Shown: positions 50,098 through 59,546 of the stretch, one piece after another
How positions within the stretch are numbered: position 1 is the stretch's first letter
Layout of the letters: each line of letters begins with the position of its first letter
Origin: an uncultured Moraxella sp.
GTDB lineage: Bacteria > Pseudomonadota > Gammaproteobacteria > Pseudomonadales > Moraxellaceae
Assembly: GCA_943908405.1 (NCBI GenBank)
Contig: CALTTE010000003.1
Span: 2,685 to 66,684 of the forward strand
Length of the DNA: 64,000 bases
Reading direction: 5' to 3'
Made by a program: the position numbers and the translations under genes
Notes under the pieces: model-generated
Databases searched by the model: none
What the model saw: the letters and a program-made list of their open reading frames with translations, nothing else
Told to the model about the DNA's origin: nothing

Positions 50098-51984
50098 TTA
50101 AGGCGTTTTGCCAAAACGGGCGGTTAATTCACTAAGCAGACGTTTGACATTACCGTTATCGCCTAAGCCTTGATAGGCTTTAAGCAGTGCTGTGCCAGTG
50201 GCTAGGCTTGGGGTTAGCTCGTAAGGGGTTTGTAGGTAGTTTAACACCGCTTGATAATCGCCTTGTTTTTGGGCGTGATGGGCAAGGGCAAGTAACGCCT
50301 GTAGAGCAGTATCGCTATCACTACTTTGGCTAAGCTCGCTCAATAATTGCCAGCTGTCTTGGTCGTTGGGTGCGTGTTCAAGCTGTAGTTTGGCTTTGAT
50401 TAGGCGATAATTGTCATTGTCAGGGTCAAGTGTTAATAGTGTGTCAATATCGGCAAGTTTTTCGGCATAATCATGGGCATCGTCCATCAGTTTGACTTTG
50501 GCATAAAGCAAGTTAGGTTCATCAGGGTAGAGCGTGTAGGCGTTATCCAATAAGGTCTTGGCATCATCACGGTTGCCTGTGCGTGCCAAAATATCAGCTT
50601 GTAACAAATAACTGTCGCTGGCAAAAATATCATAACGCTTTCGTAAATTAACCAGTGCGTTAATGGCGTTTTGGGGGCGGTCAAACAACAGCTCATAGCC
50701 AACTTGTTTTTTGGTGGCATCTAGGATAAATTGCATATCATCAACCTGAGCAAAATAATGCAGTGCTTGCTCATAATCGTGGCGACGTTCAAAACTGATA
50801 CCCAAATAATAATAAGCCTCCCCTGTGCGATTGGGATAGTGGCTTAAATCGTGCAATAAAGTTTCGGCATCGGCATAATGCTGTAAATCCAGTGCAACAA
50901 GACTGGCTAGTAATGTCAGCTCATCGTCTTTGGGGTGAATGGCTTGTAATACTTGCCACGCTGGGGTTAATTCGCCCAAATCAATCAAATAACGCACGGT
51001 ATAAAGCTGAATTTGTGTTTGGGTCTTGCCGTGGCTGTTTTTGATGGCGTTGGCCAAAAATTTTAGCAAGGCGTTTTTGTCGCCCATTTGCTTTAAAATA
51101 TCGGCTTTTAGGGTTAAATAGGCCAAATTGTCGCCATCGTCTTTTAGGGCGTTGTTTAAATATAAAATCGCTGCTGTGGGTTCATTAAGTTGCATTAACA
51201 AACCTGCTTTTAATACCGACAAAGACGGATTGTTATCGCCATCAATGCTTTGTAATTCGTGCAATAATTGGCGTTGGGCGGTACTGGCTTTGGGTAAAAT
51301 GCCTGTAAAAATTTGGCTTAAATCAGCTTTGGGGTCGTATTGTAAAATTAAGCGGATATTTTGGGCAGCAAGCGGATAATTTTCAGCTTTTAAGGCCAAA
51401 TGGGTAACATAAAACCATACAGGAATATGGTCGCTGTGGCTGTCTTGCCACGCTTTGGCAAATTGTAGCGATTGGTTGGGCGATTCTAATTGCATTGATA
51501 ATGTCAAAGCCCGCTCAAAGACGGCGGTGGCGTTGTCTTTGAATGCTTGTGATTTGTATAAATCCAAAGCGTGATAGGGCTGATTGCGGTCAAGGGCAAA
51601 TTCTGCTTGTAGTAGTGTTGCCAAATCAGGGCTGTTGTGGGCGATGGGGGGGCTATCGGCGGTGATAATGTCGTGGCGTAAGACAATCGGCATAGCCGTT
51701 GGCGGTATGGCGGTAGTGTCAGATTGGTTGCTTGGCTCGCTTGTTAAACTGTCTGATGATGATTGGGCTGGGTTGTCTTGGACAGTGCCGACAAGCTGGC
51801 GATAAATGGGGCCAATGCGATTGATAACGGTGTCTAATAAATTGGCGTGGGCGGTGGGGGTGATGAAGCCAAAGGTTAGCATCATCAAGACAATAAGCAT
51901 TTTGCGTTTTGGTGGCTGACGCTTTTTTTGCTGTGCTGGTTGTGCTGGTTGTTGGTTGTTGTTCGTGGCTTTTGTGCGGTTCAT
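50098..51984 (-). CDS. Exported tetratricopeptide-repeat protein (start uncertain; frame open to 52365)
   Basis: Signal-like KRKMLIVLMMLTFGFITPTAHA, LLQAEFALDR and repeated TPR-like helices (AYYYLG); position between hemA and lolB. Confidence 0.8.
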   Translation of the reverse strand: MNRTKATNNNQQPAQPAQQKKRQPPKRKMLIVLMMLTFGFITPTAHANLLDTVINRIGPIYRQLVGTVQDNPAQSSSDSLTSEPSNQSDTTAIPPTAMPIVLRHDIITADSPPIAHNSPDLATLLQAEFALDRNQPYHALDLYKSQAFKDNATAVFERALTLSMQLESPNQSLQFAKAWQDSHSDHIPVWFYVTHLALKAENYPLAAQNIRLILQYDPKADLSQIFTGILPKASTAQRQLLHELQSIDGDNNPSLSVLKAGLLMQLNEPTAAILYLNNALKDDGDNLAYLTLKADILKQMGDKNALLKFLANAIKNSHGKTQTQIQLYTVRYLIDLGELTPAWQVLQAIHPKDDELTLLASLVALDLQHYADAETLLHDLSHYPNRTGEAYYYLGISFERRHDYEQALHYFAQVDDMQFILDATKKQVGYELLFDRPQNAINALVNLRKRYDIFASDSYLLQADILARTGNRDDAKTLLDNAYTLYPDEPNLLYAKVKLMDDAHDYAEKLADIDTLLTLDPDNDNYRLIKAKLQLEHAPNDQDSWQLLSELSQSSDSDTALQALLALAHHAQKQGDYQAVLNYLQTPYELTPSLATGTALLKAYQGLGDNGNVKRLLSELTARFGKTP

Positions 51985-52603
51985 TGTGCTACCCAATAAT
52001 TGCTGTAGTATTTGCGATTTTAGGGGTGGTTTGATAGACAAAGGCTCACCAAAAAAGTTTTGACGATACCAATCTTGGTAATCGTAATGTTGTTTGAATC
52101 GATACTGTCTTAATAAATGTTGTTTTAATGAATGCTGATACAATGTTTGGCAACTGGTAGGCAAACAACGTGGATATGCTTTTGCCCAAGCGATAGCGTG
52201 GGTTTTTGTCCACGTTGTTGGTTTTATCCATATTTGTATCGGCGATATTTTGACCATTGATATTTTAACCATTGATAAAAAAATGAATAACGACACATCG
52301 CTAATTACAGGACAATCGCTTGGCGTTGATGGGTTGTTTTGGATTGATGGGTGGCGATGTGGCATAGCTAATAGGTGGCTTATCCATTTTTGCGAGTATT
52401 TCGTGATATAATACCAGTTTTTGGGTCAAATGGGCATAGTTTTGTGGGCATAGTTTTGTGGGCATAGTTTTATTGAATGTTGCTGGTTGAGTGTTTTTTG
52501 GATCGGTGTTTGGTAGTTTTTGATAATTTGGGTTTGAATGCTATTTTAAATAGGTTTTAAATTTAAATAGGTTTTAAATCGGTTTTAAATATTGGGGTTT
52601 TGA

Positions 52604-53971
52604 GTGTCTGTTATGAAGTTGGTCGCCTTTGGGGTCAATCATAAAACCGCACCAGTGGCTTTGCGTGAGCGGTTGGCGTTTGCCGATGATTTGCCCAATG
52701 CCTTAGCAGAGCTTAAACAAATCACCGCAGGGGCATTTATTTTGTCCACTTGCAATCGCAGTGAGATTTATGCCTATTTGCCCCAAAATGACCAAAATGA
52801 CCAAAATGACACTGACGCTTTACCCCAAGACCAAGAATACCAAGACCAAGACGATAAGCTGGCTATGCCGATACTTGTCGAGTGGCTTGGGCGGTTTAAG
52901 GGTATTTCTCCTAGCCAAATTCGTCCTTATAGCTATTGTTATGAATCCAATTTGGCACTCACGCATTGGCTAAGGGTGGCGGTGGGCTTGGATTCAATGA
53001 TTTTGGGCGAGCCACAAATTTTGGGGCAATTAAGACAAGCGGTAGCAGCAGCCCAACAAGCAGGCACGCTTGCCCCTGAATTTGATTGGCTAACCCAGCG
53101 TGTATTTAAGGCGGCACGCATTGTCCGCCGTGATACGACACTGGGCAAACAGGCGGTAACTTTGGGCTTTGCGACCGCCAAGCTTGTAACACAGATTTTT
53201 GACAAACCCAGCGACACCACATTATTGGTGGTGGCAGCAGGCGAGATGAATCGGCTGGTTGCCCAAAATGTCGCCGATTTGGGCATAAAAACCATCATTA
53301 TTTGTAACAGAAACCCACAGCGTGCCCAAGCATTAGCCAATGAGCTGATGGCAGGTCAATCAAATAGGCAAGTTATTTGTGTTGATTTTGATAAGCTTTC
53401 TTGGGCACTGACCCAAGCGGATATTATCTCCAGCTGTAGTGGCAGTATGCACACACTCATTGATAAAGCAATGGCAAAGCACGCCATCAAAGCCCGCAAA
53501 TACCGCCCAATGCTGATGGTGGATTTGGCTGTGCCGCGAGACATCGCCCCTGAGGTGGGCAAAATTGACGGCGTGTATTTGTACTCCATCGATGATTTGG
53601 GGCAGGTGATTGCTGGCAATCTGGCACAGCGTAAACAAGCAGCGATAGAGGCTGAGCTGTTGGTAGGACAGCTTGCCAGTCGCATAGAGACGGAACGCCA
53701 CATCAAAGCAATCGGTAGCACCATCAGTGCCTATCACCAGCTCTTGGCGCAGCAGAAAAACGCCCTACTCACCACCGCCCACCACCGCTTAGCAAAGGGC
53801 GACAACCCAAAAGAGGTGCTAGATAAATTTGCCCACCAATTAACCCAAACGCTTATCCACCCATCGCTCAAAGCCTTGCGTTTTTCTGCCAATGCACTAG
53901 ATGAAGAAACTCTTGATAAGCTCAATGACGAGCTATTGGGGGCGTATCGTCATTCAATCCCAAAAAAATAA
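52604..53971 (+). CDS. hemA: Glutamyl-tRNA reductase
   Basis: GVNHKTAPVALRERLAF, LSTCNRSE, GLDSMILGEPQILGQ, DLAVPRDI. Confidence 0.97.
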   Translation: MSVMKLVAFGVNHKTAPVALRERLAFADDLPNALAELKQITAGAFILSTCNRSEIYAYLPQNDQNDQNDTDALPQDQEYQDQDDKLAMPILVEWLGRFKGISPSQIRPYSYCYESNLALTHWLRVAVGLDSMILGEPQILGQLRQAVAAAQQAGTLAPEFDWLTQRVFKAARIVRRDTTLGKQAVTLGFATAKLVTQIFDKPSDTTLLVVAAGEMNRLVAQNVADLGIKTIIICNRNPQRAQALANELMAGQSNRQVICVDFDKLSWALTQADIISSCSGSMHTLIDKAMAKHAIKARKYRPMLMVDLAVPRDIAPEVGKIDGVYLYSIDDLGQVIAGNLAQRKQAAIEAELLVGQLASRIETERHIKAIGSTISAYHQLLAQQKNALLTTAHHRLAKGDNPKEVLDKFAHQLTQTLIHPSLKALRFSANALDEETLDKLNDELLGAYRHSIPKK

Positions 53972-54083
53972 CCGCCATTTATCAAAAACCGCTTGCAATC
54001 ACCACAGATTTTGCTATGATAATGACATAACAGTACAGTAAATAGTTGGATAACAAAAAGTAACAAAATAATTGAGTTTTTTC

Positions 54084-54112
54084 TTGACAGTTATTTTTTG
54101 CTTTGCTATTAT
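54084..54112 (+). promoter_or_regulatory. Near-consensus sigma70 promoter of the surface lipoprotein gene
   Basis: TTGACA-N17-TATTAT with TG at the extended -10 position. Confidence 0.7.
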
Positions 54113-54273
54113 CTCATCAATGGTTAAATAGATGTTGCTATCGCTTGATGTTTGGGGTAAGAGTAACAAGATTTATCCAATAGACTGGCAAGTCGTATAG
54201 CCAGCCATAAGCTGTATCATCAGATGGTTAGACAACTAACCTTTAACATAGTTTCCAAAATAGGAATGTAATT

Positions 54274-56067
54274 ATGAAACTAAATAAATTGACCTCCGCG
54301 GTATCCATTAGCTTGGCTGCACTTGCATTAACAGCTTGTGGTAGTGATAACAATACGTCTCAAACGCCAAATATTCCAGCACCAGGTGCTCAGACACCAG
54401 ATCCAGCACCAACACCAACACCAGATCCAGCACCAGCACCAACACCAGATCCATCACCAACACCAGACACTGGTGCACCAAATCAGCAAGGTCCTCCTGT
54501 GGCAAACAACCCAAACGCTGAGATTAAAAAAGAGAACCCTGTTGCCCCTTCATACGACACATCAATAGCCTCTACTAACGCTATGTTCAACTATGTGCGT
54601 GATGATAAGTCTAACTACGACCGTATCTCTAACCCAGCTAAAACTTCAGGCGTTTCTTTGAACAGTGCCGCAAGCATTCAAAACCCTTGGTTAAGTAACT
54701 TTACCCTTGCTACAGAAATCAATTACAATAACAATGGCAAATATACCGATAAAAGCGGTAGAAAATTTGATGTTTGGGGTAAAAACTACCTAGGCGAATA
54801 CGTTAATGCCAATAAAAATAAAGAAGAAGTGCAAGTTACGGCTAAGAGCTATACAACAACTGGTGTTGATGGAACAGTGACCCCCTATGATGTACCACAA
54901 CCAGTGGATAATAGAATAACTATTCAAGAAGAAAATGTCAAAAACGTTTCTGTTAATTATATCGAACCATTTATGGTTGGTCTAATGACTGATAAATATG
55001 GCATTGCTGATAGTGCTAGAAAAGCTGGTAGAATTAATATTGACATAAATACTTCCAATCAGTTAACTGGAGTTTTCGATCAATTAGTACAGCGCCAAGA
55101 CATTATACAACAATCTCCTAAGTTTGGCTTGATTGGTTACAAAAACGGCATTAGAGTTTTTGGTTTGGCAGAAGATGATGTAAATAACACAACAACAACC
55201 CAAGTTTTTGGTAAAAACTACAAAGCACTTGAGTCATCAAATACAGGTGCCCAAACATCACCCAACAGTTATAGAGCGACTTATACCCCTGATGGTAAAT
55301 TGGCTAATGTTGAGCTATTAAAGCTTGAAGATGTGCAATACGGTCGTTTGACTGCCAATGTTGATGCCCTAGCTGCAAATCCTTTGCCTGATGTTGATGG
55401 AAAAAATACGCACATTTATCGTCCTTTCACTAATAAAGGTGAAGAAAAATCTGTAGACAACTATTTTGCTCGTGGTACCAATCCAACATCAGCGGCGAAT
55501 ATGCTTCAAGTTAAAACAGCTAACCCAAATATGGTATTACAATACTTGGGACACGCTAGAACTTACGGCTTGAACAAAGATGCTAGTACCAATAATATTA
55601 CTCAAAGTACCGCAATTGGTAACAGAGTTGTTGAAAACTTTGGTGATTTTGTTGAAGCTAGATACAATACAGCCACAGATTCTGTTAATGGTACTGTTTA
55701 CAACTTTGTTAGAGAAACCTCGACCGCTGCTGGTTCAGCTGGTACTGAGTTTCAAAAAAATGACTTGATTACTTTTGCGGGTAATGTAAAAGGTAATACT
55801 GTCTTTGGAACAGCCGTAGCCAAAGCGACTGTTAATGGGGTCAATCAGCAAGGTGATTTAAAAGCGTCGTTCTTTGGTAATAACGCTCAGGAACTAGCTG
55901 GTAACATCACCTCTACCACTCAGCAGGACGTGTACTCTAATACTAAGTGGGGTTCTGTGTTTGGTGCTCAAAGAACAATAGTAACACCACCAACTGTAAC
56001 TGGTGGTAACGTGCAAGACGTTGACTTTATTATTCTTAATAACGGTAACACAACTGTTACTCCTTAA
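54274..56067 (+). CDS. Surface lipoprotein with C-terminal TbpB-like beta-barrel (putative Slam substrate)
   Basis: Lipobox LTACGS, Pro/Thr/Asp-repeat tether, VQYGRLT handle motif, YLGHA, C-terminal ASFFGNNAQELAG...WGSVFGA typical of TbpB-type barrels; Slam gene nearby. Confidence 0.85.
   Translation: MKLNKLTSAVSISLAALALTACGSDNNTSQTPNIPAPGAQTPDPAPTPTPDPAPAPTPDPSPTPDTGAPNQQGPPVANNPNAEIKKENPVAPSYDTSIASTNAMFNYVRDDKSNYDRISNPAKTSGVSLNSAASIQNPWLSNFTLATEINYNNNGKYTDKSGRKFDVWGKNYLGEYVNANKNKEEVQVTAKSYTTTGVDGTVTPYDVPQPVDNRITIQEENVKNVSVNYIEPFMVGLMTDKYGIADSARKAGRINIDINTSNQLTGVFDQLVQRQDIIQQSPKFGLIGYKNGIRVFGLAEDDVNNTTTTQVFGKNYKALESSNTGAQTSPNSYRATYTPDGKLANVELLKLEDVQYGRLTANVDALAANPLPDVDGKNTHIYRPFTNKGEEKSVDNYFARGTNPTSAANMLQVKTANPNMVLQYLGHARTYGLNKDASTNNITQSTAIGNRVVENFGDFVEARYNTATDSVNGTVYNFVRETSTAAGSAGTEFQKNDLITFAGNVKGNTVFGTAVAKATVNGVNQQGDLKASFFGNNAQELAGNITSTTQQDVYSNTKWGSVFGAQRTIVTPPTVTGGNVQDVDFIILNNGNTTVTP
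54394..54468 (+). repeat. In-frame ACACCAGATCCAGCACCA-type repeats (TPDPAP) in the lipoprotein tether
   Basis: Encodes TPDPAPTPTPDPAPAPTPDPSPTPD. Confidence 0.85.
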
Positions 56068-56080
56068 TATTTAAGGATAA

Positions 56081-56118
56081 TCAAAAAAAACCGCAACAGC
56101 TGTTGCGGTTTTTTTTGA
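56081..56118 (+). terminator. Perfect 38-bp palindromic terminator after the surface lipoprotein
   Basis: TC-A8-CCGCAACAGCTGTTGCGG-T8-GA. Confidence 0.88.
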
Positions 56119-56189
56119 ATTATTTTTATATTTGCTTTTTATATTTGCTTTATAATAGTAGTAATTGATAACAATAAGCAAGGTATTTT

Positions 56190-57458
56190 ATGCGTTTTTT
56201 GCCTTTAACGGCACTGATTGCTACTCGCAATGTTAAAGCCAGTAGAAGTGGCTTTATTTCTTTTGTTGCTTGGATATCGGTATCAGGCTTGATGCTTGGC
56301 GTGGCGGCTTTGATTGTGGTGTTATCGGTGATGAATGGCTTTGAACAGGCGATGAAAGATAAGATTTTGGGCGTGGTTCCGCATATACAAATAACAGCAC
56401 CTTATATGATAGAGAATTGGCAACCCAAATTAAATGAGATAAAAAGTAGCCACAAGTCTATTGAAGCGGTTGTTCCTACCTTAAATACTCAAATAATGGT
56501 GATGAATAATAAAAGTGATACCACAAACAAGCCAGCTTATGTGTTGACACTTAACGGTATTGAGCCTGATTATGAGAAAAATATATCATTTTTGGCAAAA
56601 AATATTGAGCAAAACCAAGGAATGATTAAAGGTAGCTTGGATTCGCTAAGACAGCCCAATCGTATTATCATTGGTGAAACACTAGCAAAAGCGTTGCGGG
56701 TAAATATCGGTGATGAATTGCCCATTATTTTGGTTAAATCCAATGACTCTCAAGTAGGCATAACACCAATTTCACACCGTTTGACAGTATCAGGTATTTT
56801 TAGATTGAGCCATCAAACTGAGCAATACATTGCCTTATCCAGTATTGATACGGTAGGGGAGATATTGGATTTGTCATCTGGTGTGCAAGGGTTTAAGATT
56901 CGTTTAAAAGAGGTGTTTTTAGCACCAGCGATAGCAAAGGATTTGGCAGATAAAAATCCAGAATTTTATGTGTATCAATGGATGCAAACACACGGTACGA
57001 TTTATGAAACATTACAGTTACAACGCAATCTATCAGGGCTTTTATTGTTGTTGATTATTTTGGTGGCAACCTTTAATTTGGTATCGTCATTGGTGATGAC
57101 CGTAACCGACAAACAAGCCGATATCGCCATTTTAAAAACAATGGGGGCAACGCCCAGTATGATAAAAGGTATTTTTGTTTGGCAAGGCTTGATGATTAGT
57201 GCGGTAGGGACAGCGATTGGCGTTGTGGTGGGTTTGTTGATAGCCAATAATATTGGCTGGTTATCCAGTTGGGTGAACCATACTTTTGAACTTGATTTGT
57301 TTGATAATTACTTTGTTACCGAATTGCCAAGCAATATATACGCTAGCGATGTTTTTTTTATTGTGGTGGTATCAATAGCGATAGGCGTGTTAGCGACCTT
57401 GTATCCTGCACATCAAGCTGCCAAAATCGCCCCCGCCCAAGCGTTGCGTTATGAGTGA
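56190..57458 (+). CDS. Lipoprotein-releasing ABC transporter permease, LolC/E (LolF)-like
   Basis: FISFVAWISVSGLMLGVAALIVVLSVMNGF, FNLVSSLVMTVTDKQADIAILKTMGA, LATLYPA...PAQALRYE. Confidence 0.9.
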   Translation: MRFLPLTALIATRNVKASRSGFISFVAWISVSGLMLGVAALIVVLSVMNGFEQAMKDKILGVVPHIQITAPYMIENWQPKLNEIKSSHKSIEAVVPTLNTQIMVMNNKSDTTNKPAYVLTLNGIEPDYEKNISFLAKNIEQNQGMIKGSLDSLRQPNRIIIGETLAKALRVNIGDELPIILVKSNDSQVGITPISHRLTVSGIFRLSHQTEQYIALSSIDTVGEILDLSSGVQGFKIRLKEVFLAPAIAKDLADKNPEFYVYQWMQTHGTIYETLQLQRNLSGLLLLLIILVATFNLVSSLVMTVTDKQADIAILKTMGATPSMIKGIFVWQGLMISAVGTAIGVVVGLLIANNIGWLSSWVNHTFELDLFDNYFVTELPSNIYASDVFFIVVVSIAIGVLATLYPAHQAAKIAPAQALRYE

Positions 57459-57598
57459 GTAATTTGGATTATCTGTGTTGAATCTTGCTTGCTTGCTCTA
57501 GCTGAGTTGATATTGAACTTTTGGATTTTTTTAAAAACATGATTGGGCTCGTTTTAATTTGTGCTACAATAGCAACATAGTTAAGTTAGAGTATTTGT

Positions 57599-59227
57599 AT
57601 GCAAAATATTTATATAAGCAAAAGCCGTGCAATGAAAAGTTATCAATTGTTTTATTCAGTGTTTTTGCCATTGATGTCGTTGTCGCTATCTGTAACCAAT
57701 GCTTATGCCAATGAAACCGTTAATACGGCTATATTAACCCAAGCGGATAATGAACAAGCCTTGATTAGCCCTGAAAAAAAAGTTGCTGAAAAGTTAGAGC
57801 AAGAAGCAACCATTTTGCAAGCCGATAAATCCCTACAACAACAAGCGTCCGAAAATCTTAGCAATGATATTGTCAGTGCTGATGTTGCCAATGTGCCTGA
57901 CGTTAATCGCCCTGTGGTCATAGGGGCGGATTGGAGTACTGAGCAAATTTATGCGTATTTGCAAGACAATCCAGTGGCATTTGAGCGGTTACTGTTACAA
58001 TCAATTATCAGCTCCAACACCGAAGCATTAAAGGCGTTGTTGCCTGCTTATGACCAATATCCAGCCAAAGACCCATCGGTAATTGATTGGGGTAATGCAC
58101 TCATTGCCCTAGAAGAAGGCAGGTTAAAAGATGCGGTGGCTTTGTACCGTAAAATCAATGCTGCTTTGCCTGAGGTGCGGTTGGCTCACTTGCAATTAGC
58201 CTTTGCTTTATATCAAGCTCGCCAGTTTGATGCGGCAAAAAATGAGCTACAAAAGCTATTGCGTGATGACGTTTCAGACAGCGAAAAACAGCAGCTGACC
58301 CAGTATATTGATGCCATTAACCGCTTGGATAAATGGGATTATACCGCCAATGTGTCTTTTACTAGCAATGATAATTTGGATAATGCCCCCCCAGTTGGCA
58401 CAAAAATTGACAATGGCAACAGTTCTTTGAGTTATACCACCCCCCATCAATCAGGAATGGGCTTTAATTATGTTTTTGGGGCCAATAAAAAATGGACTTA
58501 TGATACAGGCTTATTTACCGCTTTGAGTGTTGATTTGGGTGGGACTTATTATTGGGATAACAAAAAATATAATGATTTGTATACCTCTGCCAGTGTTGGT
58601 ATCGGTTATCAAACGGCAACCACCGAGATACAGATTGCCCCAAATATCGCTCGCAGTTGGTATGCTGGCGGTAGCTCAAGCCCATCAAATACAGGCACAA
58701 TCAAACCTTATACCTTATCTAAGGGTGTGCGTTTGTCGTTGTCTAAATGGTTGGACGCCAAGTTAATGTATCAACATTCTAGCCAATACACCGATTTAAC
58801 TTACGAAAAACCTTACCAAAAAAACAACGGCAAAACCTATGCAACAAGCAATGGCTTTTTTTATGCCCCTGACGCTCAGCGGTATTATACGCTTTATTGG
58901 AATGTTTCAAAAAAACAAGGAACTAGCCCTGCAGAGTCTTATTTGCGTAATGGTTTAAATTTTGGTTGGAAAAATACTTGGGATAAAGGCTTTAGCACGC
59001 TTGCCACCCTTGGCGTTGCCAACAAGCAATATGCAGGGGTTAATTATACCAATATCAAGCGTGATAATAATGAGTATAATTTTGGGCTTGGTCTTTGGAA
59101 GCGTGATTTTAGCTGGTATGGGCTAACCCCAAGGCTCAATCTTAGTCTCAAAAAAATAACCAGTAACAGCCCCTTTGAAGAGCTATCCGATGTTGATGCA
59201 ACCGTAACGTTGGAGCGGACATTTTGA
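57599..59227 (+). CDS. Surface lipoprotein assembly modulator (Slam / type XI secretion, DUF560-type barrel)
   Basis: Signal peptide, N-terminal TPR helices (AVALYR...LQLAFALY...AAKNELQKL), NLDNAP barrel start, WKRDFSWYGLTPRL, terminal Phe (LERTF). Confidence 0.85.
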   Translation: MQNIYISKSRAMKSYQLFYSVFLPLMSLSLSVTNAYANETVNTAILTQADNEQALISPEKKVAEKLEQEATILQADKSLQQQASENLSNDIVSADVANVPDVNRPVVIGADWSTEQIYAYLQDNPVAFERLLLQSIISSNTEALKALLPAYDQYPAKDPSVIDWGNALIALEEGRLKDAVALYRKINAALPEVRLAHLQLAFALYQARQFDAAKNELQKLLRDDVSDSEKQQLTQYIDAINRLDKWDYTANVSFTSNDNLDNAPPVGTKIDNGNSSLSYTTPHQSGMGFNYVFGANKKWTYDTGLFTALSVDLGGTYYWDNKKYNDLYTSASVGIGYQTATTEIQIAPNIARSWYAGGSSSPSNTGTIKPYTLSKGVRLSLSKWLDAKLMYQHSSQYTDLTYEKPYQKNNGKTYATSNGFFYAPDAQRYYTLYWNVSKKQGTSPAESYLRNGLNFGWKNTWDKGFSTLATLGVANKQYAGVNYTNIKRDNNEYNFGLGLWKRDFSWYGLTPRLNLSLKKITSNSPFEELSDVDATVTLERTF

Positions 59228-59490
59228 TGGTGATAGATGGTGCTTATTTTAAGCTTAATGGTGTATTTATTTTAAGCTTAGATAGTTATCAATGTAAAAA
59301 ATAGTTAAAAAATATAAGTTAATAAGCCGTGCCAAGCAATTTTTGTTGCTTGGCGTTTTTGTTGCTTGGCGTGGTTTTTTTGGTGTGATTTTTTGTAAAA
59401 TGGGCTAAACAACATACAACATAAATAACATAAGTAGTATAAGTAACATAAGGGAGCATTGGGCAATATTGGCGTTGGGCAATATTGACT

Positions 59491-59519
59491 TTGTCAAAGC
59501 CAGAAAATTAGCTTATAAT
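59491..59519 (+). promoter_or_regulatory. sigma70 promoter of ileS-lspA
   Basis: TTGTCA-N17-TATAAT; supports the ATG at 59547 as the start. Confidence 0.7.
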
Positions 59520-59546
59520 AGGGATTTATTTGACCATTGGGCGATT

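Noticed and set aside
51985..52365. Open frame extending the TPR gene by about 127 codons
   Set aside because: Low-complexity, duplicated sequence upstream of a clear signal peptide; probably untranslated, and the true start cannot be fixed by eye.
54015..54036. Possible Fur box (GATAATGACATAAC) upstream of the surface lipoprotein
   Set aside because: Only a half-site matches, which is too weak in AT-rich DNA.
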